The notes: generated by a model from the letters alone, not told the origin. A DNA stretch of 63,797 bases, filler included, from Octopus bimaculoides (GCF_001194135.2; 4 parts of 4 records of this genome joined end to end with filler, not necessarily neighbours in it); one strand, 5' to 3'; positions 41,600 through 55,673 are shown, counted from the first letter of the whole stretch. Made by a program: numbers and translations.

Positions 41600-42345
41600 A
41601 TGATTTGCTGGAAATATTACGCTTGGCACTGGACCTTTCTGCCACAGAGTAAACAAAGTTTGTAAGGAAAAGTCAGTAAAGTCTTCTGAATTAGTAAAGT
41701 CTTAGGTCTAAGTAAATTTAGCAGAGTCATTGAAACTCCTCGGAAAGTGATACACATGTGTTTTCATTTTATATCGCCTGTAATATTTTATCTCACAGTT
41801 CATTTGTAGCTGTAAAAGCTGGTGTTAATTTTTCTCCACAATAAACAATTTTCCGAGTAGGATTGTTATTCCATAACAGTTCAGTTTCATCAACATTATG
41901 CACATTTTTTAGTCTATAACCTCGTTCGGCAATAATTTCTTTTAGTTCCTCACGATAGTTTTTAACAGTGGATTCCATTATTATTTTTGCCTGCGAAATC
42001 AGTCTTTACTAATCAGAAAAGGTTTTAGAAGACGTGGTGCACTCTATTGTCGGCAACCATTCATATAATATTTAGCATTTTCTTGAAATACCACCTTATT
42101 TGTTAACGCATTCTGTTCAGTTTGATCGTCGAGCCACACACTCAGGAACCGTTCCATTTTTAGCCTTACTTCAGATCTATGAAAAGTAAATTCGGGCATT
42201 TAACTCAGTAGCTTCTTGAAAGCATGTTTTTATTCTGTTTTTATTGCTGCATTATCTTTAAATTATAGTCGTCGGCCTTCTCAGTTTTCCCCAGATTTAA
42301 AACCTTTTTGACAGATTTAATGTTTACCACCCAGTGTAGTCCACC
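41600..42345 (-). mobile_element. Decayed pogo/Tigger-like transposase remnant
   Basis: 41793-41978 reads YREELKEIIAERGYRLKNVHNVDETELLWNNNPTRKIVYCGEKLTPAF, resembling the Tigger L..II.E.GY...QV.N.DETGL.W...P.RT motif. Flanking homology is broken by stops and frameshifts; boundaries approximate, TIRs not found. Confidence 0.65.
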
Positions 42346-43361
42346 ATGATACGCTTTTGCATTATTATATTCAATTCTCCTTAATTGTATTATTGCAGTA
42401 GTCTCGCAGGAGAGTTATGTAGTATAACTTATATAATATTAGAATAGTATAGACTGAGTAACATACCGTTATTCTACGTCGGCAAACCAATGGCCGTTTT
42501 ATTGCTTCGATCGCAAATATAGAATGACAAGTGGGATTACTCTTTGATGAATGTGAGATTTTAAGCATAAGACAGCTAAATGGTGCCCTCAAAAAACGGT
42601 GCCGAATGGATAGACACTGGGAATTATGTTGAGATGAATGGTAAAGAAAATAATTTGCATTGGTCCTGGTAGAAACTAGATGTAGAAGAAAGGAAGACCA
42701 TGCCTAGCTATATTCTTGAAGTAGCTTTCCATTTTCCGGCAATTGTCTTAATTGGCTATGAACAGTTTTAAGTAACATTCTCTAGTTACTTTCACTACTT
42801 CGTGAGTTCATATTGGATAAATCTAATCAATTTTGAAATACCAAACTTATATTTCCCTATATAACATTAACAATACTTACTCTTTTGTAATATTAGTTTC
42901 AAAATGTTGCAGCTTCACATTTCGTTTTTACTCCATCCTTTATTCTTTAAATTAAGTATTATCAAATCTAAGCGAATACATTATTAGTGATGAATTTCTA
43001 TTCTAAGTTACTATACTTTTATCTCTCATTCTTCAGGCATTAAGTTCGAACTTTGATACATTAGAGGCAACGTAATAAAAGTAATTCCACCTTTCATCGA
43101 GATATTAATTGTTACTCAATCTAACTGTTCTTTCGATAATTTGACGTGACTGAAATTAAAACTGACATCAAAGAATTTCGATATTTGTAATCAGCAGCCT
43201 TTTCAGAATCTTTCTTTTCAAATTATTTTCATGAGAAAAGAATTCCTAATATCTTATGCATTTAACTCTATACGATTGGCACTACCAATTCCTTAACTGA
43301 AATTTCAAATTTGCTCGACATAATTCCCTTATGGTTTTAACTGCCAGAATACTATCCTTTT

Positions 43362-43782
43362 TTTTTTTACTCTTTTGACTTGTTTCGGTCATTTGACTGT
43401 GGCCATGCTGGAGCACCGCCTTTAGTCGAGCAAATCCACCCCAGGACTTATTCTTTGGAAGCCTAGTACTTATTCTATCAGCCTCTTTTGCCGAACCGCT
43501 AAGTTTCGGGGACATAAACACACCAGCATCGGTTGTCAGGCGATGTTGGGGGAACAAACACAGACACACAAACACACACACACACTCACACACACATATA
43601 TATATATGCATATATACGACGGGTTTCTTTCAGTTTCCGTCTACCAAATCTACTCACAAGGCTTTGGTCGGCCCAAAGCTATAGTAGAAGACACTTGCCC
43701 AAGGTGCCACGCAGTGGGACTGAACCCGGAACCATGTGGTTCGTAAGCAAGCTACTTTACCACATAGCCACTCCTGCGCCTA
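43362..43782 (-). mobile_element. SINE family B, full-length
   Basis: Collinear copy. Head TAGGCGCAGGAGTGGCTATGTGGTAAAGTAGC...GGTTCAGTCCCACTGCGTGGCACCTTGGGCAAGTG. Confidence 0.9.
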
Positions 43783-43839
43783 TATCTCTCTATATCTCCA
43801 TTAAACACAAACATTTACCAACAAATAATTACCAGAGTT

Positions 43840-44160
43840 CGGTTTCATTATCAGTTCGTCCTGTGGTCTCGAGCACATTGGGGAGCAAGTTGACGCCACT
43901 GGCTTTTGATGGATGAAGCTTCGTGCACATATGATATTTGCCACCGTCATGTCGGTTACGAATGTTCTACATCATGGAGCTTTTGATGTTTCCTTCTTTT
44001 TTCACTTTGGTAGTGTGCATTAGAATGCTGCTTTAGAATGTGTTGTTTTGGTGACGGAGCATGTGGTCTGCTAGTTTTAATCTCCCTTGCAGGATAATTT
44101 CGCTAAGTGGTCTCGTGTTAACTCTCTTTAGAATGTTTCCATTACCTATGTGCTCTTACC
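43840..44160 (-). mobile_element. RTE-like LINE 3' remnant
   Basis: Reads EHIGNGNILKRVNTRPLSEIILQGRLKLADHMLRH...SQWRQLAPQCARDHRTN, a degenerate W.EH.TN.EVL / RLRLAGH.LR / WR.LV pattern. Confidence 0.55.
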
Positions 44161-45177
44161 AGTAAATTTATAGAATCCTGCTCAAACATCTTAGGTTACG
44201 TAAGCAAAAACAGTAGCAAAGTTGAAAGAAACCTTCTAGAATCATATATGATTTCCTGGAATTTAAAGAAATAGTTTCAGTCGTAATGAATAAAATCTTT
44301 GATCTGATCGATGAAGGGCAAATACAAACTTTTGCAGTCTCCATTCGTTATTGTGAGTTGCACTGTCACGGGTAAACTTGAAATTTCTCCGGAAGACTTG
44401 AATATAAATTTGTTTCATTGTATCACAGTTTATCTATTGAAGGATGCGTGAGTGAGCACAGCAACATAAGTCTGACAATTTTAGGCTTATCCTAGAGCCA
44501 GTAAGATTAGAAAAAACTAATTCCTACTGAATTTCAAAATATCAATATCATCAGCTTAAGATCAGTGAATAGGTTACAGAGAATAAAATTGAAGGCAGCG
44601 ATGCAGCAAGACGCAGAGTCTTGTATTTTTCTTTGTGTGCATAATATTTGCCAACCACATCCTGCTTGATTATGGAGGACACGTGTCAATGCATGCAACA
44701 TTAAATGAATTCTTCAATAAACAACCTATGTGCGAGAACGATCCACATCTAATACCTTCACCCAAAGACAGCATCTTCAAAACTAGTTCACACTGTTTAT
44801 TTTTATTCAAATTAATTGCGCGTAGGCCTGTTTACTGGAGATTAAATTGGATTACTTTGAGGTGTTTAATAATTCTATAAAAGCATTGGACATTCATTAA
44901 AGTTGTTTTCTAAGTTCATTTGGCTTTGGATCACATTGACTAACACCAAATTTTCTTCAAGTTGTTGAGTAATTCCAAGGTGTGACACTGGATCACTGGA
45001 TCTTCAGTCGTTTGATGATATTTATCGCCTCTCTTTTATGTGCGTGTCACAGTTAAAACAGCCTATCAAGAATGTATGTGGGTTCATGGTAATTGTATAA
45101 TCTCCCCAGTTGGCGAAGCACTTTCAGGAACGAGTTAGGAGTATTAAATGGCGTAATGGCTTATTACAGTATAAATA

Positions 45178-45787
45178 CAGGGGTTGGACAAAATAATGGA
45201 AACACCAAGCATCGTAGCATCATAATTTTGATATATCTATAAAATCGTCGAAACCTTGTTTATTCTAATGATTTTTTTAATTTATTTATTACTAGTGTTT
45301 CTTAATATGTTTTGCTAAAATTGCTGTTTCTTTTCAGATATCATCACAAAAAAGTAATTAAAATTCATTAAAATGACATATCTATGGGACTTTCAAAGAG
45401 GTCAAATTGTTGGTGCTTGTATAGCAGGCGCTAGCGTAACAAAAACACTTGAAATGTTTAGTGTAACAAGAAGTACTGTCTCGAAAGTAATGACGGCCTT
45501 TGAGAAAGAGGGCAAAATCTCTGTGTCGAAACAAAATTCAGGAAGAAAACCAAAACTTTCAGATTGGGACCGTTGGACTCTTTATGCGAATTGTTAGAAA
45601 GGATTACGCAAGCAGAGTTCCCACAATTACTGCAGAGCTTAATGACCACCTCGAGAACCCAGTTTTCACAAAAAAAACTGTTCGCCAGAAGCTGCACAAG
45701 GCCGGATTTCACAGATGGTGGTCTGAAATTAGAAAACCACTACTTCCATAGACAAACGTTGCAAAGCGTTTAGAGTGGAATAAATAC
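45178..45787 (+). mobile_element. Tc1-like transposon 5' part (TIR plus frameshifted paired/HTH DNA-binding region), cut off by an N gap
   Basis: TA|CAGGGGTTGGACAAAATAATGGAAACACC terminus. From 45373: MTYLWDFQRGQIVGA...ASVTKT..MFSVTRSTVSKVM..FEKEGK...KQNSGRKPKLSD.DR.TL, then after a frameshift MRIVRKD...TITAELNDHLENPV..KTVRQKLHKAGFH...IRKPLL.*TNVAKRLEW. Confidence 0.9.
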
Positions 45788-48300
45788 NNNNNNNNNNNNN
45801 NNNNNNNNNNNNNNNNNNNNNNNNNNNNNNNNNNNNNNNNNNNNNNNNNNNNNNNNNNNNNNNNNNNNNNNNNNNNNNNNNNNNNNNNNNNNNNNNNNNN
45901 NNNNNNNNNNNNNNNNNNNNNNNNNNNNNNNNNNNNNNNNNNNNNNNNNNNNNNNNNNNNNNNNNNNNNNNNNNNNNNNNNNNNNNNNNNNNNNNNNNNN
46001 NNNNNNNNNNNNNNNNNNNNNNNNNNNNNNNNNNNNNNNNNNNNNNNNNNNNNNNNNNNNNNNNNNNNNNNNNNNNNNNNNNNNNNNNNNNNNNNNNNNN
46101 NNNNNNNNNNNNNNNNNNNNNNTGTGTGTGTGTGTGTTTATGTCTGTGTTTGTCTGCCCAGCTGCTTAACAATAGGTTTAGTTTTCTTTACTTCTCCGTT
46201 ACTAGAACTACAGAAAAACAGACTAATAGGATAAGTACAAGTTTTAGAGAAATATAAGTACTGAATTGGATATGCCTGCCTAGAAAAAAAAAAAACTGCA
46301 AGGCGCTGCCCCAGCATGACCACAGTTCACTGACTGAAACCAAAACATGTTTTCTAACATTCAGACTTGGTTACTTCACTTCTTTGTTCATGCCATCTTT
46401 CTTTTATATCACTTCAACACGAATGTGATTTTGCTGACCTTTGGCAACACGGCAACCAATGAGAGACTAAGCTGACCCAAGATAACGGCATTCTATTCTT
46501 ATCACAAATTAATGAGTTTATGAGAAAGCAGCACGTGTTGATTAGCATATAATAATATTGTATTTTTATACAAGGCTTCTTTCTCTAATATGTTTATAAC
46601 AATACAGTTAAAACCCATTTGAAAATGTTTATCAATCTTTATCTATTTAATTGTTATCTGCACATCAAGTCAAAATTAAAATCATGCAAATTTCTGCCGT
46701 GTTAAAACTTAGCAACGTATTTCACAAACTGCGAATACGTTGGCCCTTACCAGTAAACCCTAAATGTATGCAACTATAATCTGAATTTATTCAGATTAGG
46801 AGTCTTTTATAAGTTCCAAACGCTTTGAACTTAAATTTTAAATAGGACCTTATGGTGATCTTTGGAGTAAAACAAACATACATATACCATTGATTCACCA
46901 AGCAGAAACCAATCAAATATGATAACATAAAGACAACAAAGGTTCAGAGAACTCTGAATCGCTTCCAAAGATGAAAACCATACCCAATAGGACCCCAGAG
47001 AATCATTTAAAATCTGTATCAAGAAAATATGTCTGCATTGGTACTTCTGTGTGGTTATGAAACTCGCTTTTACAACTATTTGGTTTTGAGTTCAGTATGT
47101 CTACGCTGCGACTTAAGCTGACCAATGCCTTGGGAGTGAATTTGGTAGACAGAAATTGTGTGAAAATCCTCCGTACATATACATGTGTATGTGTTACCTT
47201 CTATGCATTACAACCTGTGTTAATTTGCTTATGTCTCTTATACTTAGCAGTTCGTCAACGTAAAAAAGAACAGAATAAATATCAAGCTTAAAATATGCGT
47301 ACTGAGGGCGATTTGTTCCGCTAAAACGTTCTAACAGTGTATCCCAGCGGATTCGAAGTCCAATAACTGACACGAGTAAAAAACATAACTCGGCCTATAA
47401 TTATCTGGACAGAGATGGAAAATCAGTAGTAGAGTTGTGTAATTAGAAGAAATTCCTTCATATAATTTCATCAAAAAAGTATTTTATTCTTTTATTTTCT
47501 CGAAAATCAAGAATGCAGCACAAAGTCTGGATTGTTCTCCGTGACACGCTATGCTAGTGCTTTATGATGACGCATGGATTAATAATGAGAATGGAATCAT
47601 GAATAGCACACACAAATGCCAAATTATCAGAATAAAGTAATTAAATATTAGAACATCAAAACAAGATAAGAGACTCTGTTCTTTCCTCTGCTAGATTAAA
47701 AAAGGAATACCGCCGAAAATCTCCCCAATAATCTCCATTTAGTCCTTTAAATATCTAAAATTACTACACGACTTGTTTCCTTGTCTGTTTCTATGCATGG
47801 AGATATCGTCGGCCCGGAAGCTTTCTGACGAAAGACAGATGGATATAATATAACATAAGCATTTCTTCGTAATCTGGTTGAGTACTTCAGTTCACTGACA
47901 TGACAATTTCGAAATAGTTCGTTTAATATTGAACACAATGAACTTGAAAAAAAGATAAAAGAAAGAGTTATTAAATGCAATCAACTGAAAAATTGCATTA
48001 ATGCATATACTGTACCAACCGAATTTACATCAGGTCAAAGCAATCGAGCAATAGAATACGTGATAAAACAAAGCAATCAACTTGTGTTAATGGTGTCTCC
48101 AAGTAGTCCGCACTGTATAAAACTGTGCAATTATTCTACGCACAAAAGATACTATTATTACTACTCATAAAAGCGGTGAGCTCGTAGAATCGTTAACACG
48201 TCGGACAGAAGGTTCTGTGGTCATTCTTCTGGCATTATGTACCACGTTCAATGGCATGTGAGTAAAATCAGTCGACGGCAACCGTGCGGAAATTTGTATG

Positions 48301-48399
<99 letters not shown>

Positions 48400-48454
48400 G
48401 CATACATACATACATACATACATACAGATACAAATGTGCATGTAGTGGTGTTCT

Positions 48455-48665
48455 TGTCGATGTGTTTGTCACAAAATCTCACCACTTAACCGGTGTTCGT
48501 TTCATTACATCCCGTAATATAGCGGTTCGGCAAGCAAGATCCATAAAATGGGCACCAAACTTTAATATGAAAACATCAATAGCGGGGTCGATTCCATCGA
48601 CTAAAACCCTTCAAGTCAATACTCCCGGACAGCCGCAGTCGAATAACTGAAAGAAAGAAAGGACA
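48455..48665 (+). mobile_element. Diverged SINE family B 3' part in plus orientation
   Basis: ...tgtttgtc...cggtgttcgtttcattacatcccgtaatatagcggttcggcaa...ggggtcgattccatcgactaaaa...cgcagtcgaataactgaaag resembles the reverse complement of the family-B tail. A similar piece lies at ~46125-46345. Confidence 0.55.
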
Positions 48666-49519
48666 AAAGATGACTACGAATACGTTTTGCCATTTTATTT
48701 TTCACTTTGATCAAGCAAGCGGGGAATGTACTTTGCATGTCAGTTTTGTATTTAACATAATTCAAAAGAATTTTTCCTCAATGCTGAGGATTTTTCTTTT
48801 CTTTTTTCTTGTTTTTTTTTCTTTTTTTTTTTTTTAATTCATACGTCAGTGTATATATTTGGTATGGAAGTCTTTGCATTATCTGAATTTATTCCATTTT
48901 ACTTCTCCATTGAATACGTGTTTGTATTTGAATGTGTGTGACATTTTTTTGCTTTGAACGCTTCACTTCTGAGGTTTGGAGTTGCCTTCAAAATTTATTC
49001 TCTTTTCTTTCTTTTTTTCCTTCTTTCCTTCTACCTTCTGTTGTTTTTCTTCCGATGCTTTTTCGTTGCCAACTTTTTATCGAGTTCACTCATTTATTGA
49101 TTTATTTCCCTTTATCACAAGAATTGCCTCCTTTACAATATATGTCAAAGTTAGTTTATAAAATATCCCTATATTGTGTATAGTGTATAAGATTAAAATA
49201 AGTAATTGCAGCTTATATCGGCAAGGTTGCAGCCTGCGGAAGGTGGTGACATAGTTTTGCTTATATTCAAGTATATGGGTCTGTGTGTGTGTGCGTGCGT
49301 TTGTGTGTGTTTGTGTATGCGTGTGTGTAACGCAGAGCAAAGGCTTGCAGGTAATATTATTATTAGGTTGGTTGTCGAGGACAGTTTTCAAGTTCCGAGT
49401 TCAAGTTTCACCGAGGTTCACATTTATCCCTTCTTTCTTTTTTCTTTCTTGCCTTTAACCCTCCAAAGCGGAGTATAGGTCACTTATAATTGAATTCCAT
49501 GTCGCATAGTTTTTCGCTT

Positions 49520-49935
49520 CTGTACTTATACTCTGCCATGAATGTCCCCTTTTCTCTAGTTCCTTTTGTATTGATCTACGCCACAAGTTCTTAGCCTATC
49601 CCTCTTTCTATATCCATCCGGATTCCACTGTAAACCACTTTTCGCTACATTTGGTGTGTCCTTTCTAATTGTGCTACCAATCCACTTCCACTTTTTCTTA
49701 AACATTTGCTCTCTAATCGAAACTTGATTTGTTCTTTGCCATAGCTCCATATTTCTTATGTGTTCGGGTCATCTATTTTTAAGTATACTACGCAAGCACC
49801 TGTTGATGAATGATTGTATTTGCTTATTTGACTTAATTGTTATTCTCCATGTCTCAGCCCCATACAATAACACCGCTTTTACGTTAGTGTTAAAAATTCT
49901 TACTTTGTTCTTTATTGATATTATTGAAAGAACAG
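49520..49935 (-). mobile_element. RTE-clade LINE ORF2 C-terminal fragment
   Basis: Reads RIFNTNVKAVLLYGAETWRITIKSNKQIQSFINRCLRSILKNR*PEHIRNMELWQRTNQ...KKKWKWIGSTIRK...GLQWNPDGYRKRDR, the typical post-RT region of RTE LINEs. Confidence 0.88.
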
Positions 49936-50049
49936 AGTCGATAAAACAAGGACCTGTTAGGCGCTAGCCTCGACGCAATCGACTTAGACCCATCTCCAGA
50001 TTTACTGCCCTTGTGGTAAAATCTGTATCCAATATTATTCGGTTGAATT

Positions 50050-50760
50050 TCTGTATTAATTTTGCAGATGCTGTTGAATTCTGGGAATGTATTAACACCA
50101 GTAAATACATACACATAGCGTAGGTCTCATTTCAGTTTTATCAATCTGTTAGAAAAAATAATCAATAGCTCAATTAGTGAAACGATTATTTTATCAAAGT
50201 TCTATCGACACAGTCTGCGATGTTGTCAACTTTTCAGGTATTGTAGCCGTTTGGAAACGCCATACTAACAGCAAATATGTACCCCTGGGGTAGGTCTCAT
50301 TTCAGGTTTATAAATATTTTAGAAACATTAACCAGTAGTTCAATTGGTGAAACGATTATTTTATAAAAGTTTTATCGATAGGGCCTGTGATGTTATCAAT
50401 GTTGTAGTTATTGTTGCATTTTGGGAACATCTTACGGCCAGTAGATACATACAACTTGGATACATTCAACTTGGATAGGTCTCATTTCAGTTCTATCAAT
50501 CTGTTAGCAAAATTAATCAATAGTTCTATTGGTGAAACGATTATTTTATCAAAGTTCTCTTGATATAGTCTGAGAGGTTATCAATTTTGCAGATATTATT
50601 TCATTTTGGGAAGGTCATACTTCCAGTAAATAAAAACACCTTGGGTGGGTCTCATTTCAGTTTTATCAATATGTTCTAAAAAAAAAATTAATCAATAGTT
50701 CAATTGGTTAAACGATTATTTTATCAAAGTCCTATCGATACAGTCTGTGATGTTATCAAT
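50050..50760. repeat. Degenerate ~170-bp tandem repeat, ~4 copies
   Basis: Anchor GGTCTCATTTCAG recurs at ~50123, 50293, 50478 and 50648 (spacing 170, 185, 170). AAACGATTATTTTAT recurs in each unit. Confidence 0.9.
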
Positions 50761-51399
50761 GCTTGTGAGTCAGTTAAGAATTTCTCACTCCTCAGCGATT
50801 CATGCTTACTGAACGTCTCACTGCTCCTATGTTATGGGTTTTATTGTACATTCTTCTGTTTTTGAATATGTATTTATTTAATATATATGTGCAAGTATGT
50901 GTGTGCGTGTATGTGTGTGTGTGTGTCTGTGTGCGTGTGTGTGTGTGTATGTGTGTGTGCAAGTATGCGCGTGCATGTGTGTGCAAGTCTATGTGTGTGT
51001 GCACGTGCGTGTGCATGTGTATGTATCTGTATGGGTACGTGTGTCTGTGTGTGCCTGGGCGTCTGCGGAAGCTTGTGTTTCTTTATTGAACATTCTACTT
51101 CATATTTATTTTACTCTGTGCTTGGCGCTTATTTGAGTTTGACTATTTCGCGCGCGCGCGTGTATGTGTGTGTGTGTGTTTGTGTTTGTGTGTGCGTGTG
51201 TGTGCCTTTGCGTGTGCTAAACTTCGAAGTCAACATTTGGATGTGATCCACACAACGTGGTGTGGGTGTGTCAGCGTTTAAAATCATTCAATAGGCCTTT
51301 CTGATGGTGGTTATGGTGGAGATGGTAGTTGTAGTAAGACTGCTGTTGTTCCATTCATATTGTTTCATCTCATCTCATCCTCTTCACCCACTAATATCT

Positions 51400-52045
51400 G
51401 GGATGGTCGAGAGAGCAAATTTCTCAAGAACCCCTTCTATCGGGCTCTGTCAGAAGTAAGCGTCTCTGATGGATCCGGTTGGTTACCCATGTCAAAGAGA
51501 CCGAGCTCACGGATACCATCCAAGAATATTGCTTGTGGTCTCCCGTGGATGTCGTGTCGGATGGATTTGCCCGGAAAAAGTTGTCCAGTAATTTTTTATC
51601 AAAACCTTCTTACCACATTTCCGAAGAATCGGCATGTTAACGTTTCTGCCTGCTCACCACCTTTCCTTTTATCTTAAAAAGTAACTTTTAATCGTAGTTG
51701 TATTGTATCTTAGAATCTCTTAATATGGAGAAGTAGTTGCTCTACCTGGAGCTGATTCCCGCACCTTATCATGTATCGTTACACCAAAGGTCCTTCGGGG
51801 AAACTCAGTTTCAGCAGCTTCTAATCATGATTGTAATCTCTTGTTTATTACCGAAGATCCATGGCCGTAGGTAAGGATAGGCACGAACACCGAATTGAGA
51901 ATAGTGGGTTTGGCTTTATCACCTACCTTGTTTCTTCTAATGAGCGAATGCTGAAGTTGACGCATTACTGCATCTGACTCTGCGATTCTTGATATGAATT
52001 CACCCTCCTGCCTTCCAAAACCGGTTATAAACTGCCGGAAGTTAC
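51400..52045 (-). mobile_element. RTE-clade LINE ORF2 3' fragment, decayed
   Basis: Reads EGEFISRIAESDAVMRQLQHSLIRRNKVGDKAKPTILNSVFVPILTYGHGSSV, then EAAETEFPRRTFGVTIHDKVRE, then GRPQAIFLDGIRELG in shifted frames. These match RTE LTYG.E.W, AAEM.FLRRI and RGRP motifs. Confidence 0.7.
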
Positions 52046-52048
52046 TTG

Positions 52049-52079
<31 letters not shown>

Positions 52080-52089
52080 CGTGTTGTAA

Positions 52090-52370
52090 GGGTACAGACC
52101 TTCTTTGGTCTTGAATGACCATGCGATTGAACCCAGAATGTCCGAGCAAAGTTTGTGGACGGTCAGCAGTTGCTCATGCAAATCACCTTCTCCTTTCCAC
52201 GCCATCGATGCTATCCTAGGGAAAGGCAAAGGCCGATACAACTTTACTTATAAGTAAACTGGAGCAACGTGAAATAAAGTGCGTTGGTGAAGAGCACAGC
52301 AAACAGCCCGGTCCGGCAACCGAACTCACAACCTCGTGATTGTGAGTCCGACGCTTTGCACCTTCAAGCA
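52090..52370 (-). mobile_element. SINE family D copy directly upstream of the RTE fragment
   Basis: GAGTTCGGTTGCCGGACC...CACTTTATTTCACGTTGCTCCAG...CCCTAGGATAGCATCGATGGCGTGG aligns with the 36975-37270 copy. Confidence 0.7.
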
Positions 52371-52414
52371 CACAAACAAACACACATACACACACATAGA
52401 CAAACTCTGTGTGC

Positions 52415-52459
<45 letters not shown>

Positions 52460-53411
52460 TGTGTGTGTGTGTGTAAAGGAATAATTGCACTCTGGCTATG
52501 TTAAAATATAATATTTTAAGATTTAAATAATAGACGTGATGAACGTGTTTTGAATGTTAATATGCTTCTACCACAGTATAGAAGCTTTTAAATCTCTGAC
52601 TTCATATTGTATCATATATACATACCCCATTATCGATGTCGAAAAAATTATTTTCTTGAAAATTACTTCGCTCATGGTCATTGTGATTTACATAACATTG
52701 TTATATCGAGTCTGGTGACTGTGATAATGCTATTACTGTCGCTGTCATTGTTGATGTTGTTGATGGTGTGGTGGAATTGGAGGAAGACTATGAAAACGGC
52801 AACGACGATGATGTGAATATATTTGGTCTTTTGTTGGATGTTACGGTAGGTGATTTATTACTAGAATGTTGTCCAGTATTTTTAGGAACCTCTGGTGAAA
52901 TATGGGGTGATTTACAGTCATTGAACTCACATACATTGGATATTTAAAAGAAATACCTCACTACTAATATAAATAGCAGTGCATTCCTTTTACTTTAGGT
53001 TTCGCTGCCACTAGCAGAGTTGAACTATGCACCAAGATACTTATTTACAGCTATATAGTAAGATGTAGTTAGTAAGAGATAGATGGATAGATATTAGTTA
53101 GCTAGAAAGATAGATAGAGACAGACAGAAATATATATATNNNNNNNNNNNNNNNNNNNNNNNNNNNNNNNNNNNNNNNNNNNNNNNNNNNNNNNNNNNNN
53201 NNNNNNNNNNNNNNNNNNNNNNNNNNNNNNNNNNNNNNNNNNNNNNNNNNNNNNNNNNNNNNNNNNNNNNNNNNNNNNNNNNNNNNNNNNNNNNNNNNNN
53301 NNNNNNNNNNNNNNNNNNNNNNNNNNNNNNNNNNNNNNNNNNNNNNNNNNNNNNNNNNNNNNNNNNNNNNNNNNNNNNNNNNNNNNNNNNNNNNNNNNNN
53401 TATATATATAT

Positions 53412-53443
<32 letters not shown>

Positions 53444-54192
53444 GGACAATGCACGTATACAGATAAAATATGGTGAAAGAGAGGCTTCAATAGCTGGCCA
53501 TAGATGCAGTGAAGCATTTTTCACAAACGATATGCGTACCATCGACATATTTTTCTTTAAGCTGGCACTTCTATCAGCATCAACCAATATGATGTAAATC
53601 TCTGAAGAATCATCCATAAAGGATCGATACGTTTCCAAAAGATGTATAAAATTATTGATCCCAAAATTTCCATAGTCGTCCGCTCTTAATCATTGGCGCT
53701 CTGCTACAGTTCTTCGTAAAAAATATTTCTCTGATAAAACCCAGTAAATTTTTTTCAACCATCAGCATATATAATCGAAGATAGAAATAACAATATGTCT
53801 TATAGTATCTTCCATTCTTACATTAAAGTGAGTAAGCCCAATATATTACAGGTAAAGATACGATATCTAGAAATATTGCTACTGACCCTAACTAGAATGT
53901 TTCGTTAATGGTCGCAATATAATTCTATGAAGATAAAGCTGAATATTGATTCTTTTCAAGAGTATAAAGACTCCAGATTTATACACGATAATTCATCTAC
54001 TCCACGTGGATACGCAGTGCATATCACATCCTCTTCAGTTTGATGGAGTGAGTCGCTGGTTGTGGCATTGTGAAAGGTGTCAGTGAGCCCACAAATCTAT
54101 GCAGAATGGGATGCTTAGAAAGCTTATTAGTACTCTCACCACATTACTATCTTGCAAGCACTTAAATAGAATAATACCCTAAAAATCGTAAT

Positions 54193-54233
<41 letters not shown>

Positions 54234-55426
54234 CAAGACCACTAAGTAGCACCACCTTTGTTATAGAGGTCAAAAATACTCCGAAGCGACAAGAATTGAC
54301 AATAAAATTTTACAGGCATTGTTGAAAAAACAAAACTTAATGAATAAAGACTGCGTCTTATCGCTGAAAAATTGTAAGAAGGAATTCCTAGAATCAAGTT
54401 AGTGGCAAAAGCACTTGATTCTCTTCAGCCGAGTCTACTCATAGCGATACCTATATTTCACTTCCACCAATGCGTGCGTTCGTTTCAAGGCCAAAACTGA
54501 ATTGAGGAAACGAACTAAGTGAATTAATATATAAATGTATAAAGAACAATGTTAGAGGCCGCCCACTTAAAACCATGCCTGTAAAAATTTTGTGTTCATT
54601 CTTTTGGCTTCTGAGTATTGTTGACTCCTAATTTTAGCAAAGCTGATGCTTCTTATTGTCCCTGTTATGTATAATTCGTATATACATTTATTAAGTTTGC
54701 CTGTACGGTTCTAAGGTTGGAGCTACTATCATTGTTATTTCTCATGAGTAATAATGTTTTATATATAGCACTCTCTCTCTCTCTCTCGCTCTTACTGTGT
54801 CCCCGTCTCTCTATCTCTCTCTCTCTCTCTCTCTTCTCTCTTTTTTCTCTCTCTCTTCTCTCTTTTTTCTCTCTCTCGAGCGCACATCGTATTATGAATC
54901 TCGATGAAAACATCATTTGCTTCATTATTCAAAATTCATACTTAACGCGAGAAGCTATATCCGTGATAACACTTTTATGCAGTCATACAATATGCCAGAT
55001 AAACCTGCTCATCTACTTGATACTAGAACGTAGACTTTTTGAGGATGGCAGCCACGGTTATAGTACCATTGAAAACTGACATATGGGAAAGAAAATGCTA
55101 TGGCAATTATTAAGATGGTCAAACACAACAATGTTGGTATATGTTCTGTACAGATGAGGTTATGATTGAGAAATATTATAAGTGCATGTATATAGTTAGA
55201 ATGCCATAGGTAAAGGTATTCTTTAAACATACACGCACGCCTACTTGCATCTTACATACACACAGACAGACTTGACACACATACAAGTACTCACATACAC
55301 ACATGCATTAACACACACAACACTTACATTTGTTAAGATTATATACTAATATAGTCGTCCAGTGCTAATTAAAATTCAAACTGCATGACAAAATAATAGT
55401 ATAAAGAATTTCATCTGTGTTTCGCA

Positions 55427-55615
55427 TACTTGTTTCAGTCATTTGACAGTGGCCATGTTGGAGCACCGCCTTTAGTCGAAGAAATCGACTCAGGGCTTAT
55501 CCTTGGTAAGCCTAGTACTTATTCTATCGGTCTTTTTGGCCGAATCGCTAAGTTACGGGGATGTAAACACACCAGCATCGGTTGTCAAGCGATGTTGGGG
55601 GACAGACACACACAG

Positions 55616-55673
<58 letters not shown>

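Noticed and set aside
50050-50760. CRISPR-like array
   Set aside because: Whole units are homologous, with no unique spacers or cas genes, in a eukaryotic context.
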